A stretch of DNA of 64,000 nucleotides from the NCBI GenBank assembly GCA_041287245.1, contig JBEULP010000117.1, positions 64,001 through 128,000 on the forward strand, written 5' to 3'. Shown here in pieces: positions 29,108 through 38,236 of this stretch. Origin of the DNA: Infirmifilum sp. GTDB taxonomy: Archaea; Thermoproteota; Thermoprotei; Thermofilales; Thermofilaceae. Within the stretch, counting starts at the first letter, position 1, and every line of letters starts with the position of its first letter. The notes beneath the pieces were generated by a model. It was not told the DNA's origin, ran no database searches, and saw only the letters and a list, made by a program, of their open reading frames with translations. A program made the position numbers and the translations under genes.

Positions 29108-29671
29108 TTAACTTTGAAGATAACCTTTAAACATATCACCAAATACTTTCGTGAAAATCTGGAAAGCCTCTTCTCCATAAAGACAAAAAACTATTTTCTC
29201 CAAGTTTCTCAGCTTCACGATGTTTTCAAGAATCACCCGAGCCGCTATTTCGGCGCATCTAACCAGGGGGTACCCGTATACGCCTGTGGAGATGGCGGGA
29301 AGAGCCACGCTTTTAGCTCCAAGCTCATCAGCCTTAAAAAGAGCATTTGCGAAGGCCGATGCAAGTTTCTTGTCGCCGTCAGGATCTCCATACCGTGGCC
29401 CCACAGCATGGATAACGTACCTAGCCTTAAGACGACCAGCGCCTGTAACAGCAACTTCACCAGTCGGGACTGGACCATACCTGCTAACGTATTCGTCACT
29501 TTCACGTTGAATCTGATCTCCTCCTTTTCTTACAATCGCAAGGGCTACGCCACCTCCGTGTTTCAAGTAGCTATTGGCAGCGTTGACTATGACGTCAACC
29601 TCCAGTTCCGTAATATCGCCTTGTAGGACCTCTATGGTTTTTCCACTTACTGGAAAAACAACCCGTGACAT
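29108..29671 (-). CDS. Macro-domain (ADP-ribose-binding/hydrolase) protein
   Basis: GDIT, IVNAAN..L.HGGGVA, VIHAVGP, PAISTGVYG. Confidence 0.93.
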   Translation of the reverse strand: MSRVVFPVSGKTIEVLQGDITELEVDVIVNAANSYLKHGGGVALAIVRKGGDQIQRESDEYVSRYGPVPTGEVAVTGAGRLKARYVIHAVGPRYGDPDGDKKLASAFANALFKADELGAKSVALPAISTGVYGYPLVRCAEIAARVILENIVKLRNLEKIVFCLYGEEAFQIFTKVFGDMFKGYLQS

Positions 29672-29738
29672 AAGTACTGAAATTTAAAAAGAGATTAAAG
29701 CATAAAAGGTTTTTTCGCATCTAGGATGAGGGGCTGCT

Positions 29739-31010
29739 GTGTCAGAAGTGAAAATATCCCGTGGATACACGCTCTTAGTATATGGACCTGCTAAGGTGAG
29801 AATAGAAGAAGGAGCGGGGAGAATATTTGGAGCTAGGATTGAAGCTGGCCAAGAAATTATAGCAGAGCCTACCAAAGCCCTTCCGGTGTATGCAGTTGAA
29901 GATCTACGCCTTAAGGTGGAGACGGGGACTTTTTCCTTTTATCCTGGCGACACTATTCCCAAGGAATGGTATGAAACGGCGGAACTGTTAAAAAACCGTG
30001 AAAACCGTAGGATCCTGATAGTAGGTGATATTGACAGCGGTAAAACGTCCCTGGCCACCCTCATAGTAAATACCCTTGTGAGCTCCGGAGATAAGGTTGC
30101 AGTCATAGATGCTGATGTAGGTCAGAAAAGTATAGGCCCTCCAGGCACTGTGGGGCTAGGCATCACTGAGACTGAAGTTTACTCTCTCTCAAATATCCCT
30201 ATGCTTGATGCCTTTTTTATCGGATCCAATACTCCTGCAGGGATCATTCACAGGAGTATTTCCGGTGTCGCAGCACTTACGCGGAAAGGCGAAAAAGTTG
30301 CCGATCGCCTAGTAATCGATACAACCGGCTGGGTAACTGAACATGAGGGGAGAGAGTTAAAGTTTTTTAAAACTCTACTCGTAGAGCCGGACGTAGTTCT
30401 CCTCGTAGGAGGATCCACCCAACTGGCACAGGTTGCTCGGGTGTTAGAGTTATTCTCAAGGATTTTACGCGTCCCAAAGCCACCAGTAGTCTACGGTAGA
30501 GACAAGACGGATAGAAGAGAATACCGAAAGTATGTCTATTCGAAGTATCTCGCGCAAGCCGCGGTGAAAAGTATTCCTCTGGAAAAAACTCGATTTGCAT
30601 ATTCCTTTTTCACGGGTGGATATCCTTTACAATCCAATGAGGTCGCAAGGCTTCAAAGCCTGCTAGGCGTTGAGGTATACTGGGCTGAGAGAGCCGACGA
30701 CTACTTAGGTGCGGTCGTCGCTTCACAGCCTATACAGCAAAGCATAGAACTGGTGAAAAACTTGTTTTCAGTAAGGCATGTTAGAATACTTACAGGCTAC
30801 GAGTTAATTCACAGTGTGGTAGGCTTCATGTCAAAAAGTAGGTACTGCGAGGGGATAGGTGTAATTACAGGATTTAAACCACGGGAGAAGATAATAAACG
30901 TCTTGACAAATGTTGAAAACTTAGAAGATAAGCTCTGGCTCTTCAGTACGCAGAAGATCAACCCTTCAACCTACGAGGAGGAGGCGGGGCTAGAAAAGTG
31001 GAGTGTCTAA
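29739..31010 (+). CDS. Clp1/Grc3-family polynucleotide 5'-kinase
   Basis: VGDIDSGKTS P-loop, DADVGQKSIGPPG, IDTTGWV, RREYR. Confidence 0.9.
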   Translation: MSEVKISRGYTLLVYGPAKVRIEEGAGRIFGARIEAGQEIIAEPTKALPVYAVEDLRLKVETGTFSFYPGDTIPKEWYETAELLKNRENRRILIVGDIDSGKTSLATLIVNTLVSSGDKVAVIDADVGQKSIGPPGTVGLGITETEVYSLSNIPMLDAFFIGSNTPAGIIHRSISGVAALTRKGEKVADRLVIDTTGWVTEHEGRELKFFKTLLVEPDVVLLVGGSTQLAQVARVLELFSRILRVPKPPVVYGRDKTDRREYRKYVYSKYLAQAAVKSIPLEKTRFAYSFFTGGYPLQSNEVARLQSLLGVEVYWAERADDYLGAVVASQPIQQSIELVKNLFSVRHVRILTGYELIHSVVGFMSKSRYCEGIGVITGFKPREKIINVLTNVENLEDKLWLFSTQKINPSTYEEEAGLEKWSV

Positions 31011-31028
31011 TAAAAAAGTAGAGATATT

Positions 31029-32129
31029 TTATTCAGCATCCACGAACCTGTCCTTTAACTTTGCCAGCACCTGTGGAAGTGTTGTGTACTCCATCTCTTC
31101 AGGGCCTAACCGGTGGGGCATAAAAGGACCATGACGCCGCATATAATCGGCGATCTCCATGGCTATCCTCCTAGTATGGTCGAAGGCAGGGTCATCGAAA
31201 AGATCGACGGGTCCCTCCAACATGCCATCATGCAGTTGAAAGCCTAACCCCACCACCCTTGGCGGCCCATCAAAACGTGTGCACTTAGCATTCTTTAGGC
31301 TCACAGGAACCAACGGGCCTGTGTGGCTACCCCGCATCCACCCTGCGACTAGATGTGGAAAGGCGAACGCCTCTAGTACCTCCCCAGTAGCTGGAAGTCC
31401 GTGCTGTGCACGTATTAAAAGAACCGGGTCGTCTTTACCCACATATCTTCCAGCTATAAGAGAGAGCCTTGTAACACTCGCAGAAGCGGCTATTGCATTA
31501 TCGCTTTTCCGCCAAATCTTCCTGATAACATACCTACCAGGTGTGCCTATAAGAGCTAGAAGATCATACAATTCCTCCGGAGCCCCCAGCTTAACCGCTT
31601 TGTTGTTGATCAGGTCAAGAACCTCGAAGACAAATCCGTCATGCATCGTAGGATCAATAACCAGACCTGCTGTGTTGAAGGGATCCGCAAAGATCTTATA
31701 GAGCTTGAGATTCCACGCGCCAGGCTCAGTCTTATCCGCTGAAAAAACCAATATTGGCTCACTCTTTCTCTCCTCGAACTCCATCTCAGCTACACCTGGA
31801 CCCAAACCCCTCACGTTTCCAGAGAATGTATCGCTGAGAAGGTCTTGTCCAGCCCCATACAACTTCAGCGGCTTGCTGATCTTCTCGGTTGCTTCCACAA
31901 AAATATCCCAAGCTAGCTTGTGAATCTCTGGATTGTTTTCGCCCTTTGTATGCGTCATTAGAAGCTGAAGGTCGTCCCCGACATGGTAAACATAGTAGTC
32001 CCTAATCAATCCACTCTCTTTGGCTTCTTGAAGACGTTGTTTTGCGGCTTCTTCATGCTTCGGATGTACGACAACATGTCCGGCTAAACCTCCTATGTCA
32101 GCCTTAATCAGTGTAACTGTTATTTTCAT
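31029..32129 (-). CDS. fbp: Fructose-1,6-bisphosphate aldolase/phosphatase
   Basis: IKADIG...GH, VGDD, LYGAGQDLL, DKTEPGAWN, YVGKDDP, GWMRGSH, MEYTT. Confidence 0.97.
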   Translation of the reverse strand: MKITVTLIKADIGGLAGHVVVHPKHEEAAKQRLQEAKESGLIRDYYVYHVGDDLQLLMTHTKGENNPEIHKLAWDIFVEATEKISKPLKLYGAGQDLLSDTFSGNVRGLGPGVAEMEFEERKSEPILVFSADKTEPGAWNLKLYKIFADPFNTAGLVIDPTMHDGFVFEVLDLINNKAVKLGAPEELYDLLALIGTPGRYVIRKIWRKSDNAIAASASVTRLSLIAGRYVGKDDPVLLIRAQHGLPATGEVLEAFAFPHLVAGWMRGSHTGPLVPVSLKNAKCTRFDGPPRVVGLGFQLHDGMLEGPVDLFDDPAFDHTRRIAMEIADYMRRHGPFMPHRLGPEEMEYTTLPQVLAKLKDRFVDAE

Positions 32130-32259
32130 ATTGTCGATTATTACTCTAACGGAGACATTAATCTTTTTGCATTAAAGATTCTTCATAAATTTCCCTAAAA
32201 CCAAAAAATCTGAAAAATGAGAAATTAAAATTGGTGAATACCTTACTAAGAATACATTA

Positions 32260-34965
32260 CTAAATAATAGTAGTTTTCGTGTTTTTTCTTTCTAATTTAT
32301 CTATTAATATCTTAGAAACTTCCACGAGGGCCAAAAGGCTTATAAGCACAATGGAGGCCTTTTCAAAGTCTTCGATTGAGATCTGAGATATATCTAACGC
32401 TTTCTGCATCGGGTGAAAGGTAAGTATTCCTAGCTGAATCAGGAAGGAAGCTACTATTACAAACAAGAGGATCTTGTTTTTCTGGGGTGGAAGCTTATAT
32501 ACAGGTGTCCTAAGGGATCTGTAGAGATAGGCAAGCAATAATTCGGCAAGTATCATCGCCGTGAAGAGGGTTGTTCTGGCTTCAATCTCAGGGATCCCAG
32601 CTGTTAGTAAACTCCTAAACAACAAGACAAGTTCTAGTGATAATACTAAGGGGATGAGGACTAGGAATGCTATGGTTTCACTTCTCGAGAAAATAGGTGA
32701 GTTTGGTTTTCTCGGTTTTCTCACTAACAAACCGGGTTCACCCGGCTCAAGGCTTAGCGCTATCGCTGGCGCTCCGTCTGTCACCAGGTTTACCCATAGT
32801 ATTTGTGTGGCGGTAAAGGGGATAGGTAGACCTAGAAAGGTTGCGAACAAGGGGGTCAGTAGTTCTGCGATATTAGCCGATAGCAGATATACAAGATACT
32901 TCCTGATGTTTTCGAAGATTTCCCTGCCCAGCTTCACTGCTTCCACAATAGTTGCAAAATTGTCATCAGCAAGCACGACAGAAGCAGCTTCCTTGGCAAC
33001 CTCGCTACCTGTTATTCCCATAGCTACGCCAACATCAGCAGCCTTAAGCGCTGGCGCATCATTCACACCATCTCCCGTCATTGCAACGATATGTCCCTTC
33101 TTTTTCAACGATCTGACGATCCTTAATTTATGCTCAGGAGATACTCGAGCGAAAACCCTTATTTTCTCCACTTTTTCCTCGAGTTCCGTATCATTCATTT
33201 TCTCTAACTCCTGCCCTGTAACTACAATGTCATCAGGATTCATCATCCCAAGCTGTTTGGCTATGGAGACGGCTGTTAACTTGTGGTCGCCGGTTATCAT
33301 GGCTACCTTAATTCCAGCTTGCTCGCACGTTTCCAGAGCAGGTAAAACCTCCGGGCGCGGGGGGTCTATGATGGCTGTAATTCCTAGAAAAATCAGTTCC
33401 TGCTCATCCGCTTCGGTGATTTGTTCTTTTTTCTCATTAAAGAATTTCACTGCAAACGCAATATTCCTAAGGCCTTCCTGTGCAAAGGCATCATTTATCT
33501 CCAAGATCTTTCTCAAGTTCTCTTCTGTTAAAGTTATGATTTCTCCGCTTGGTAGCATGAGTTTAGAGGAGAGAGGGAGTAGCACCTCAGGTGCTCCTTT
33601 GACGAACATCACGGTACCTGTCTCCCATGTGTGAAGAGTGCTCATCCTTTTTCTCTCAGACGAGAATGGAATCTCTCCTATTCGCTCTAGCCTACTTGTA
33701 ACTCCAGCCTTTGTTGCCAGAACTTTTAAAGCCCCCTCTGTAGTATCACCTATTACTGTCCAGCGAGAGTCCTCCTTTACAAGCTGTGAGTCGTTGTTGT
33801 TAAAAGCGTTTATCAGAAGGAGCTCCAGAGCCCTATTACGTGATGTATCGACAGGCTGACCCTTGTCCAAAAGTTTCCCAATGGGTTCATAGCCGCTCCC
33901 GGTGACCTCAATCACGTCATCAAATACCCAGACTTTTACTACAGTCATTTCACCCTTTGTCATAGTCCCCGTCTTGTCGCTGCAAATATAGGTTGTGGAG
34001 CCAAGTGTCTCTACGGCTGGCAGCCTTCGAACAATGGCATTTCTCTTAGCCATTTTATATACTCCGATAGCAAGGGAGCTTGTAACGACAACTGGAAGAG
34101 CCTCCGGAACAGCAGCTACTGCTAAACTAGTAGCCCAGAGGATAAGGTCTATGAAACTAAGTTTCCAAAACATTAATCCTACGAGTGAGACCAGAGAGGC
34201 AACAATAACCATTAGAAAGAGTAAGGTTTTCCCAAGGGTGTCCAACTGTTTTTCCAGTGGAGTTTTTTCGGCCTTAACCTCCTCTAACGACTCTGCTATT
34301 CTACCGAGCTGTGTGTTCTTTCCTGTAGCAACAACAACGGCTTTCCCCTTTCCATAGACAACTGCAGTTCCGGCGTAAACCATATTGGTTCGCTCTGCCA
34401 AAGGGACATCGGGAGCGAGAACATCCAGGGTCTTCTCCACGGGGGCGGATTCGCCTGTAAGAATTGCCTCGTTTACTCGCAGATTATTGGTCTCGATTAG
34501 CCTTGCGTCGGCGGCAACCCTATCACCAGCTGTCAAAACAAGAATATCCCCAGGTACAATTTCTTCAGACTTTATCACTTTAACCCTATTTCCCCTTAAT
34601 ACGGTGGCACTGGGGGAAGACATTTTCTTTAAAGCTTCAAGGGCTTTCTCTGCTCTATATTCTTGGTAAAAACCGAGAACTGCACCCGCGAAGACCAGAA
34701 CAATTATAACTAAGGCATCAACCGTTTCACCAATAAAAAGGGAAAGAATAGTTGCGAATAGAAGAAGCGCTGTGAGAGGATTTATAAACTGGTTTAGAAA
34801 AAGCCTCAATGGGCTAATTTTTTTCTCTTCTTCAAGTCTATTTGGACCATAAGTTTCTAATCTCCTCCTAGCCTCTTCGTCGGATAAACCAGTCCTTGCT
34901 GTCTCAAGCATCTCTAAGACCTTCTCAATAGGCATAGCATGCCAATCCAATCTAGCGGAATCCAT
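32260..34965 (-). CDS. P2-type cation (Ca2+-like) transporting ATPase
   Basis: LTGES, PEALP, CSDKTGT, KGAPE, DPPR, TGDGVNDAPAL, ILWVNLVTD. Confidence 0.93.
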   Translation of the reverse strand: MDSARLDWHAMPIEKVLEMLETARTGLSDEEARRRLETYGPNRLEEEKKISPLRLFLNQFINPLTALLLFATILSLFIGETVDALVIIVLVFAGAVLGFYQEYRAEKALEALKKMSSPSATVLRGNRVKVIKSEEIVPGDILVLTAGDRVAADARLIETNNLRVNEAILTGESAPVEKTLDVLAPDVPLAERTNMVYAGTAVVYGKGKAVVVATGKNTQLGRIAESLEEVKAEKTPLEKQLDTLGKTLLFLMVIVASLVSLVGLMFWKLSFIDLILWATSLAVAAVPEALPVVVTSSLAIGVYKMAKRNAIVRRLPAVETLGSTTYICSDKTGTMTKGEMTVVKVWVFDDVIEVTGSGYEPIGKLLDKGQPVDTSRNRALELLLINAFNNNDSQLVKEDSRWTVIGDTTEGALKVLATKAGVTSRLERIGEIPFSSERKRMSTLHTWETGTVMFVKGAPEVLLPLSSKLMLPSGEIITLTEENLRKILEINDAFAQEGLRNIAFAVKFFNEKKEQITEADEQELIFLGITAIIDPPRPEVLPALETCEQAGIKVAMITGDHKLTAVSIAKQLGMMNPDDIVVTGQELEKMNDTELEEKVEKIRVFARVSPEHKLRIVRSLKKKGHIVAMTGDGVNDAPALKAADVGVAMGITGSEVAKEAASVVLADDNFATIVEAVKLGREIFENIRKYLVYLLSANIAELLTPLFATFLGLPIPFTATQILWVNLVTDGAPAIALSLEPGEPGLLVRKPRKPNSPIFSRSETIAFLVLIPLVLSLELVLLFRSLLTAGIPEIEARTTLFTAMILAELLLAYLYRSLRTPVYKLPPQKNKILLFVIVASFLIQLGILTFHPMQKALDISQISIEDFEKASIVLISLLALVEVSKILIDKLERKNTKTTII

Positions 34966-35290
34966 CTTATTTCCCCAGGTAAATTGTAAAACGGCTTAAA
35001 GGCTTAACTCCAAAACCTGCTCGTAGAAAAATTTCCAGCGTTTTTATATTGCAACGGAGGGGTTTTAGGTAATGGAAACTGAACTTGAAGCTTCGCCTGG
35101 TTGTCGAGGTTCTCGAAACTTAGATTGATAAATACAGGGGTTATATGTTATCCTCAAGTAATTTTTCCAGATAGACGTGGGACTGAAGGGGGGTTCAAAC
35201 CTATCATGTTTTTCTTTTCACTGAGGAAGTTTGTAGGGGTAGAATTTTAAAGTCCCCAAGAAAAAGGGTTATGAAACACGGAGTTGCTAC

Positions 35291-36175
35291 TTATTCTTCG
35301 AGTATTTTTAAAAGGGTCGCCCATTGTTCGTTTGGAATTAAGGTACGGAGGGCTTCACAGCCAACAGGCGGATGAAAAGCTTGAGGCACGGTGATCAAGT
35401 TAATTTTGTCTGAAAACCCTTCCATAAACGTTGATAGGACATTATTCTCAGACCGTTGAATCATATTTATCATCAAGACTCTCAAAGGAAAGTCATATTC
35501 TCGCAGCTCATAGTATATCTTTCTTGCAACGGAAAAGTCGACCGGCAGAGGACGTGAAACCAATATTGCCCGATGATCCTTACTTTTGAGGAACTGAAAT
35601 ATGGAGTCTGCCAGCTGTCTCCAAGACTCTATTAGTTCTAGCGGTTCCTTTTCCCCCCTCCTAACCCTATCTATAACCCCCTTAACTTTAAGATAAAGCT
35701 TGGCTGCTTCACCGAGATGATCATAGAATTCCTTCTCAATCCGAAGCATCCTTATCCCTCCTCCTGTTGCCATGGTATCCCATACAAGAAAATCGGCATC
35801 CATGTTGTAGAATTTGTCCCAGATATAATATAGGGTGAACTCTTCAACAATGCCCGGCGCTCTCGCTACGTACTCTATTATCTCAGGCCCCACTGGAAAG
35901 ATACTTGAAGCTACCTTGTATACCTCGTCGCCAAACCTTTGTTTCCAAAGTTCAATTATAACATCCTCTGTAAGCTGTTCTGCAATAACTTCCCCACACA
36001 CTTTTCTTGGCGACCCTGAAAGATCACAACCGAGAACGTCGGGTAACGAGGGAACGAAGTCTGTGGAGAGTAGGTAGACCCGATACCCTTCTTCTGCCAA
36101 CTTAATCGCTACAGCAGAGGAAAGTGTAGTTTTACCAACGCCTCCCTTACCCCAAAAGCTTAGAAGAACTGGCAC
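35291..36175 (-). CDS. ArsA/GET3-family ATPase (single domain)
   Basis: GKGGVGKTT, LSTD, PGIVEE, VWDT.ATG. Confidence 0.85.
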   Translation of the reverse strand: MPVLLSFWGKGGVGKTTLSSAVAIKLAEEGYRVYLLSTDFVPSLPDVLGCDLSGSPRKVCGEVIAEQLTEDVIIELWKQRFGDEVYKVASSIFPVGPEIIEYVARAPGIVEEFTLYYIWDKFYNMDADFLVWDTMATGGGIRMLRIEKEFYDHLGEAAKLYLKVKGVIDRVRRGEKEPLELIESWRQLADSIFQFLKSKDHRAILVSRPLPVDFSVARKIYYELREYDFPLRVLMINMIQRSENNVLSTFMEGFSDKINLITVPQAFHPPVGCEALRTLIPNEQWATLLKILEE

Positions 36176-36440
36176 AGTGCTATTCCCCCTATCAAGCTAA
36201 TATAGTTTTCATTCCTTAGGCTTCAAGATTATCCCGCGTGCTTCGGTGGAGTTGTCTTTCGTTCTCACTGTTTCATAGCTAGGTGGTTCCCGCACAGCGA
36301 GAGAGGAGGTTAGGGACTTGATTTGGGAGCTATGGTGGAGATACAGCTCCTCGAGGCACATCCGCAGGAATAATAAAGATTATTTTCTTCACTGTTTTTC
36401 GCGCGCGAAACTTATATATCTAGTCTATTTTTCCTTTACA

Positions 36441-36995
36441 ATGAATACTTGGAGCACACTAGAAGCAGCTAAGTGGCTAACACGTACCGGTTGGATGCTC
36501 AGAGGTATACCTGGGTCGTTTGCTGAGACTGTTTCTCAACACTCGTGGGAAACAGGTATTATAGCCTTTATTATAGCTGATAGGGCATCGAAAAAAGGAG
36601 TGAAGGTTAATCCTTATAGAGCTGCCACTATCGGCTTATTACATGATCTGCTAGAAGGCGTGGTAGGGGATATTCCAAAATATACTAGTAGATTAATTGG
36701 TGAGCTAAAGAAAAGTTTTGAAAAAACTGCCCTTGAAGAGTTACAGCTGGATGCCTCTTTGAAACAAGTAATTGTAGAATGGTTGCAAGGAGATACCGTA
36801 GAATCAAGAATAGCTAGAATTGCCGACGCTTTATCAACATACGTTCAAGCCATACGATATGTAAGTATAGGCTACAGGAAAGCTGAAGAGATAGCAAATA
36901 CCTCTCGACAAAAGGCATTAGAAGAAGCCGAGAACTTAACTTTTAAAGATGTAATATTGGATTTAATAAATGAAATAGAAAAACAGAACTCTTAA
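36441..36995 (+). CDS. HD-domain hydrolase (YfbR-like)
   Basis: RTGW, ETVSQHS, LHDLLEG..GDIP, ADAL; ATG 36441 lies about 23 nt after CTTATATA. Confidence 0.88.
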   Translation: MNTWSTLEAAKWLTRTGWMLRGIPGSFAETVSQHSWETGIIAFIIADRASKKGVKVNPYRAATIGLLHDLLEGVVGDIPKYTSRLIGELKKSFEKTALEELQLDASLKQVIVEWLQGDTVESRIARIADALSTYVQAIRYVSIGYRKAEEIANTSRQKALEEAENLTFKDVILDLINEIEKQNS

Positions 36996-37103
36996 ACAAA
37001 AACTTCATCCTTCTTTATATGTCGTCTATTTTTGACAAGTTATCAATCAGCTTTATATAACAAACTTTGTATTGATATACTAGAAACTACTGTGGGATCA
37101 GGA

Positions 37104-37523
37104 GTGGATGAGAAAGATATAATAATATTAAGACTCTTAATGGAGAATGCCCGCGTACCACTTTCCAAGATAGCTGAGAAGGTGGGTATTACAGATGTAG
37201 CAGTTAAGAAGCGTATAAAGAAGCTCGAAAATGATGGTACAATAAAGAAGTACACCGTTGTTGTAGAACCCAAAAAGATAGGCTTTAACGGCGTAGCCCT
37301 CGTAGGCGTTGATACAGAACCTGACAAGGTCCTTTCCATAGCTAGTGACCTAGCAAAGAAAGAATACACAGTGTCTGTCTTCGTTACAACGGGAGACCAC
37401 ATGATCATGACTGAAGTGTGGGCCAAAACAGGTGAGGAGCTCATGAAGATAATTGAAGACATTGGAAAAACGCAAGGAGTCAAGAAGGTATGTCCAGCAA
37501 TAGTTCTAGATAGAGTGAAATAA
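37104..37523 (+). CDS. Lrp/AsnC-family regulator (LrpA-like)
   Basis: DEKD..IL..L..NAR.P.S.IA...AVKKRIKKLE..G.IK.Y, TTGDHM, VKKVCPAI; likely GTG start at 37104. Confidence 0.9.
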   Translation: MDEKDIIILRLLMENARVPLSKIAEKVGITDVAVKKRIKKLENDGTIKKYTVVVEPKKIGFNGVALVGVDTEPDKVLSIASDLAKKEYTVSVFVTTGDHMIMTEVWAKTGEELMKIIEDIGKTQGVKKVCPAIVLDRVK

Positions 37524-37538
37524 CCCTTTCCAAAAATA

Positions 37539-38171
37539 TTACTCCAACAAAATTTTTCGAAGGATAAGCACGATCCTTGCCTGCACTTTTAAGCGTTCAA
37601 AAGATCCACTTTCTAAAAGGATCCCCCTATCCCGGAGCTCTCCCAACATTCTGGAGAATTCCTCGAAGCTTATCCCTAGTTTCCTACACGTATCATCAAC
37701 ATCACTGCTTGAAGCTAAAACCCGGAGGAGCTCTAACTCTTTTTCTTTAAGTTCCTCGAAATTGCCCCCTAAAAGCTTTGCAAGACTATTAAACATCGCC
37801 TCTTCTAAGGTCTGCATCAACTCATCCATGGATACGAAGTGGAAATAATCCGGTAGAAGTATAACCTCTACACCCAACTCCCGGGCATATACCTCGGCAC
37901 TTTTATCTGAGAACCCCCTAGCTACTAGAAGCGGTTTTGCACCGATAAGTTGAGCATTAGAAAAAGCCTGTCTAATATCAGTTGTAGAGATCCTTCCGCT
38001 TTTTACCTCAACCGCGTAGAGCACATCATTCTTTCTCGCCAAGGCATCGATCTCCGCCACCTCGACACCTCCTCGCTCGACACGCTGCCTATAGCTTACG
38101 ATTTGATAACCGAGGCTTTCGAGAAGGTAAAAAGCTAGCATTTCCGTCCAAATACCCCTAGTAGAACTCAT
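37539..38171 (-). CDS. PD-(D/E)XK restriction-endonuclease-like protein with C-terminal HTH
   Basis: E...EIDALA...YAVEVKSG..DIRQA; C-terminal HTH-like helices. Confidence 0.8.
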   Translation of the reverse strand: MSSTRGIWTEMLAFYLLESLGYQIVSYRQRVERGGVEVAEIDALARKNDVLYAVEVKSGRISTTDIRQAFSNAQLIGAKPLLVARGFSDKSAEVYARELGVEVILLPDYFHFVSMDELMQTLEEAMFNSLAKLLGGNFEELKEKELELLRVLASSSDVDDTCRKLGISFEEFSRMLGELRDRGILLESGSFERLKVQARIVLILRKILLE

Positions 38172-38236
38172 AACACGTCTGCGAGAGCTTGTTGCACCAC
38201 TAGAAAGTTAAGGCTTTCGTCGAACATAGGCTTTTT

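Noticed and set aside
29114..29626. 170-aa plus-strand ORF
   Set aside because: Antisense to the macro-domain gene; no recognisable family
32561..34669. Long plus-strand ORFs (357, 73, 120, 94 aa)
   Set aside because: Antisense shadows of the P-type ATPase; Ser/Thr-rich with no motifs
35031..35055. Sequence ending ATTGCAAC, like some archaeal CRISPR repeat ends
   Set aside because: Single copy; no regularly spaced repeats and no cas genes
35185..35205. GGGTTCAAACC resembling a tRNA T-arm or att site
   Set aside because: No acceptor, D or anticodon arms can be built and there is no integrase nearby
36209..36361. 50-aa minus-strand ORF upstream of the ArsA-like gene
   Set aside because: No motif, SD or homology support visible
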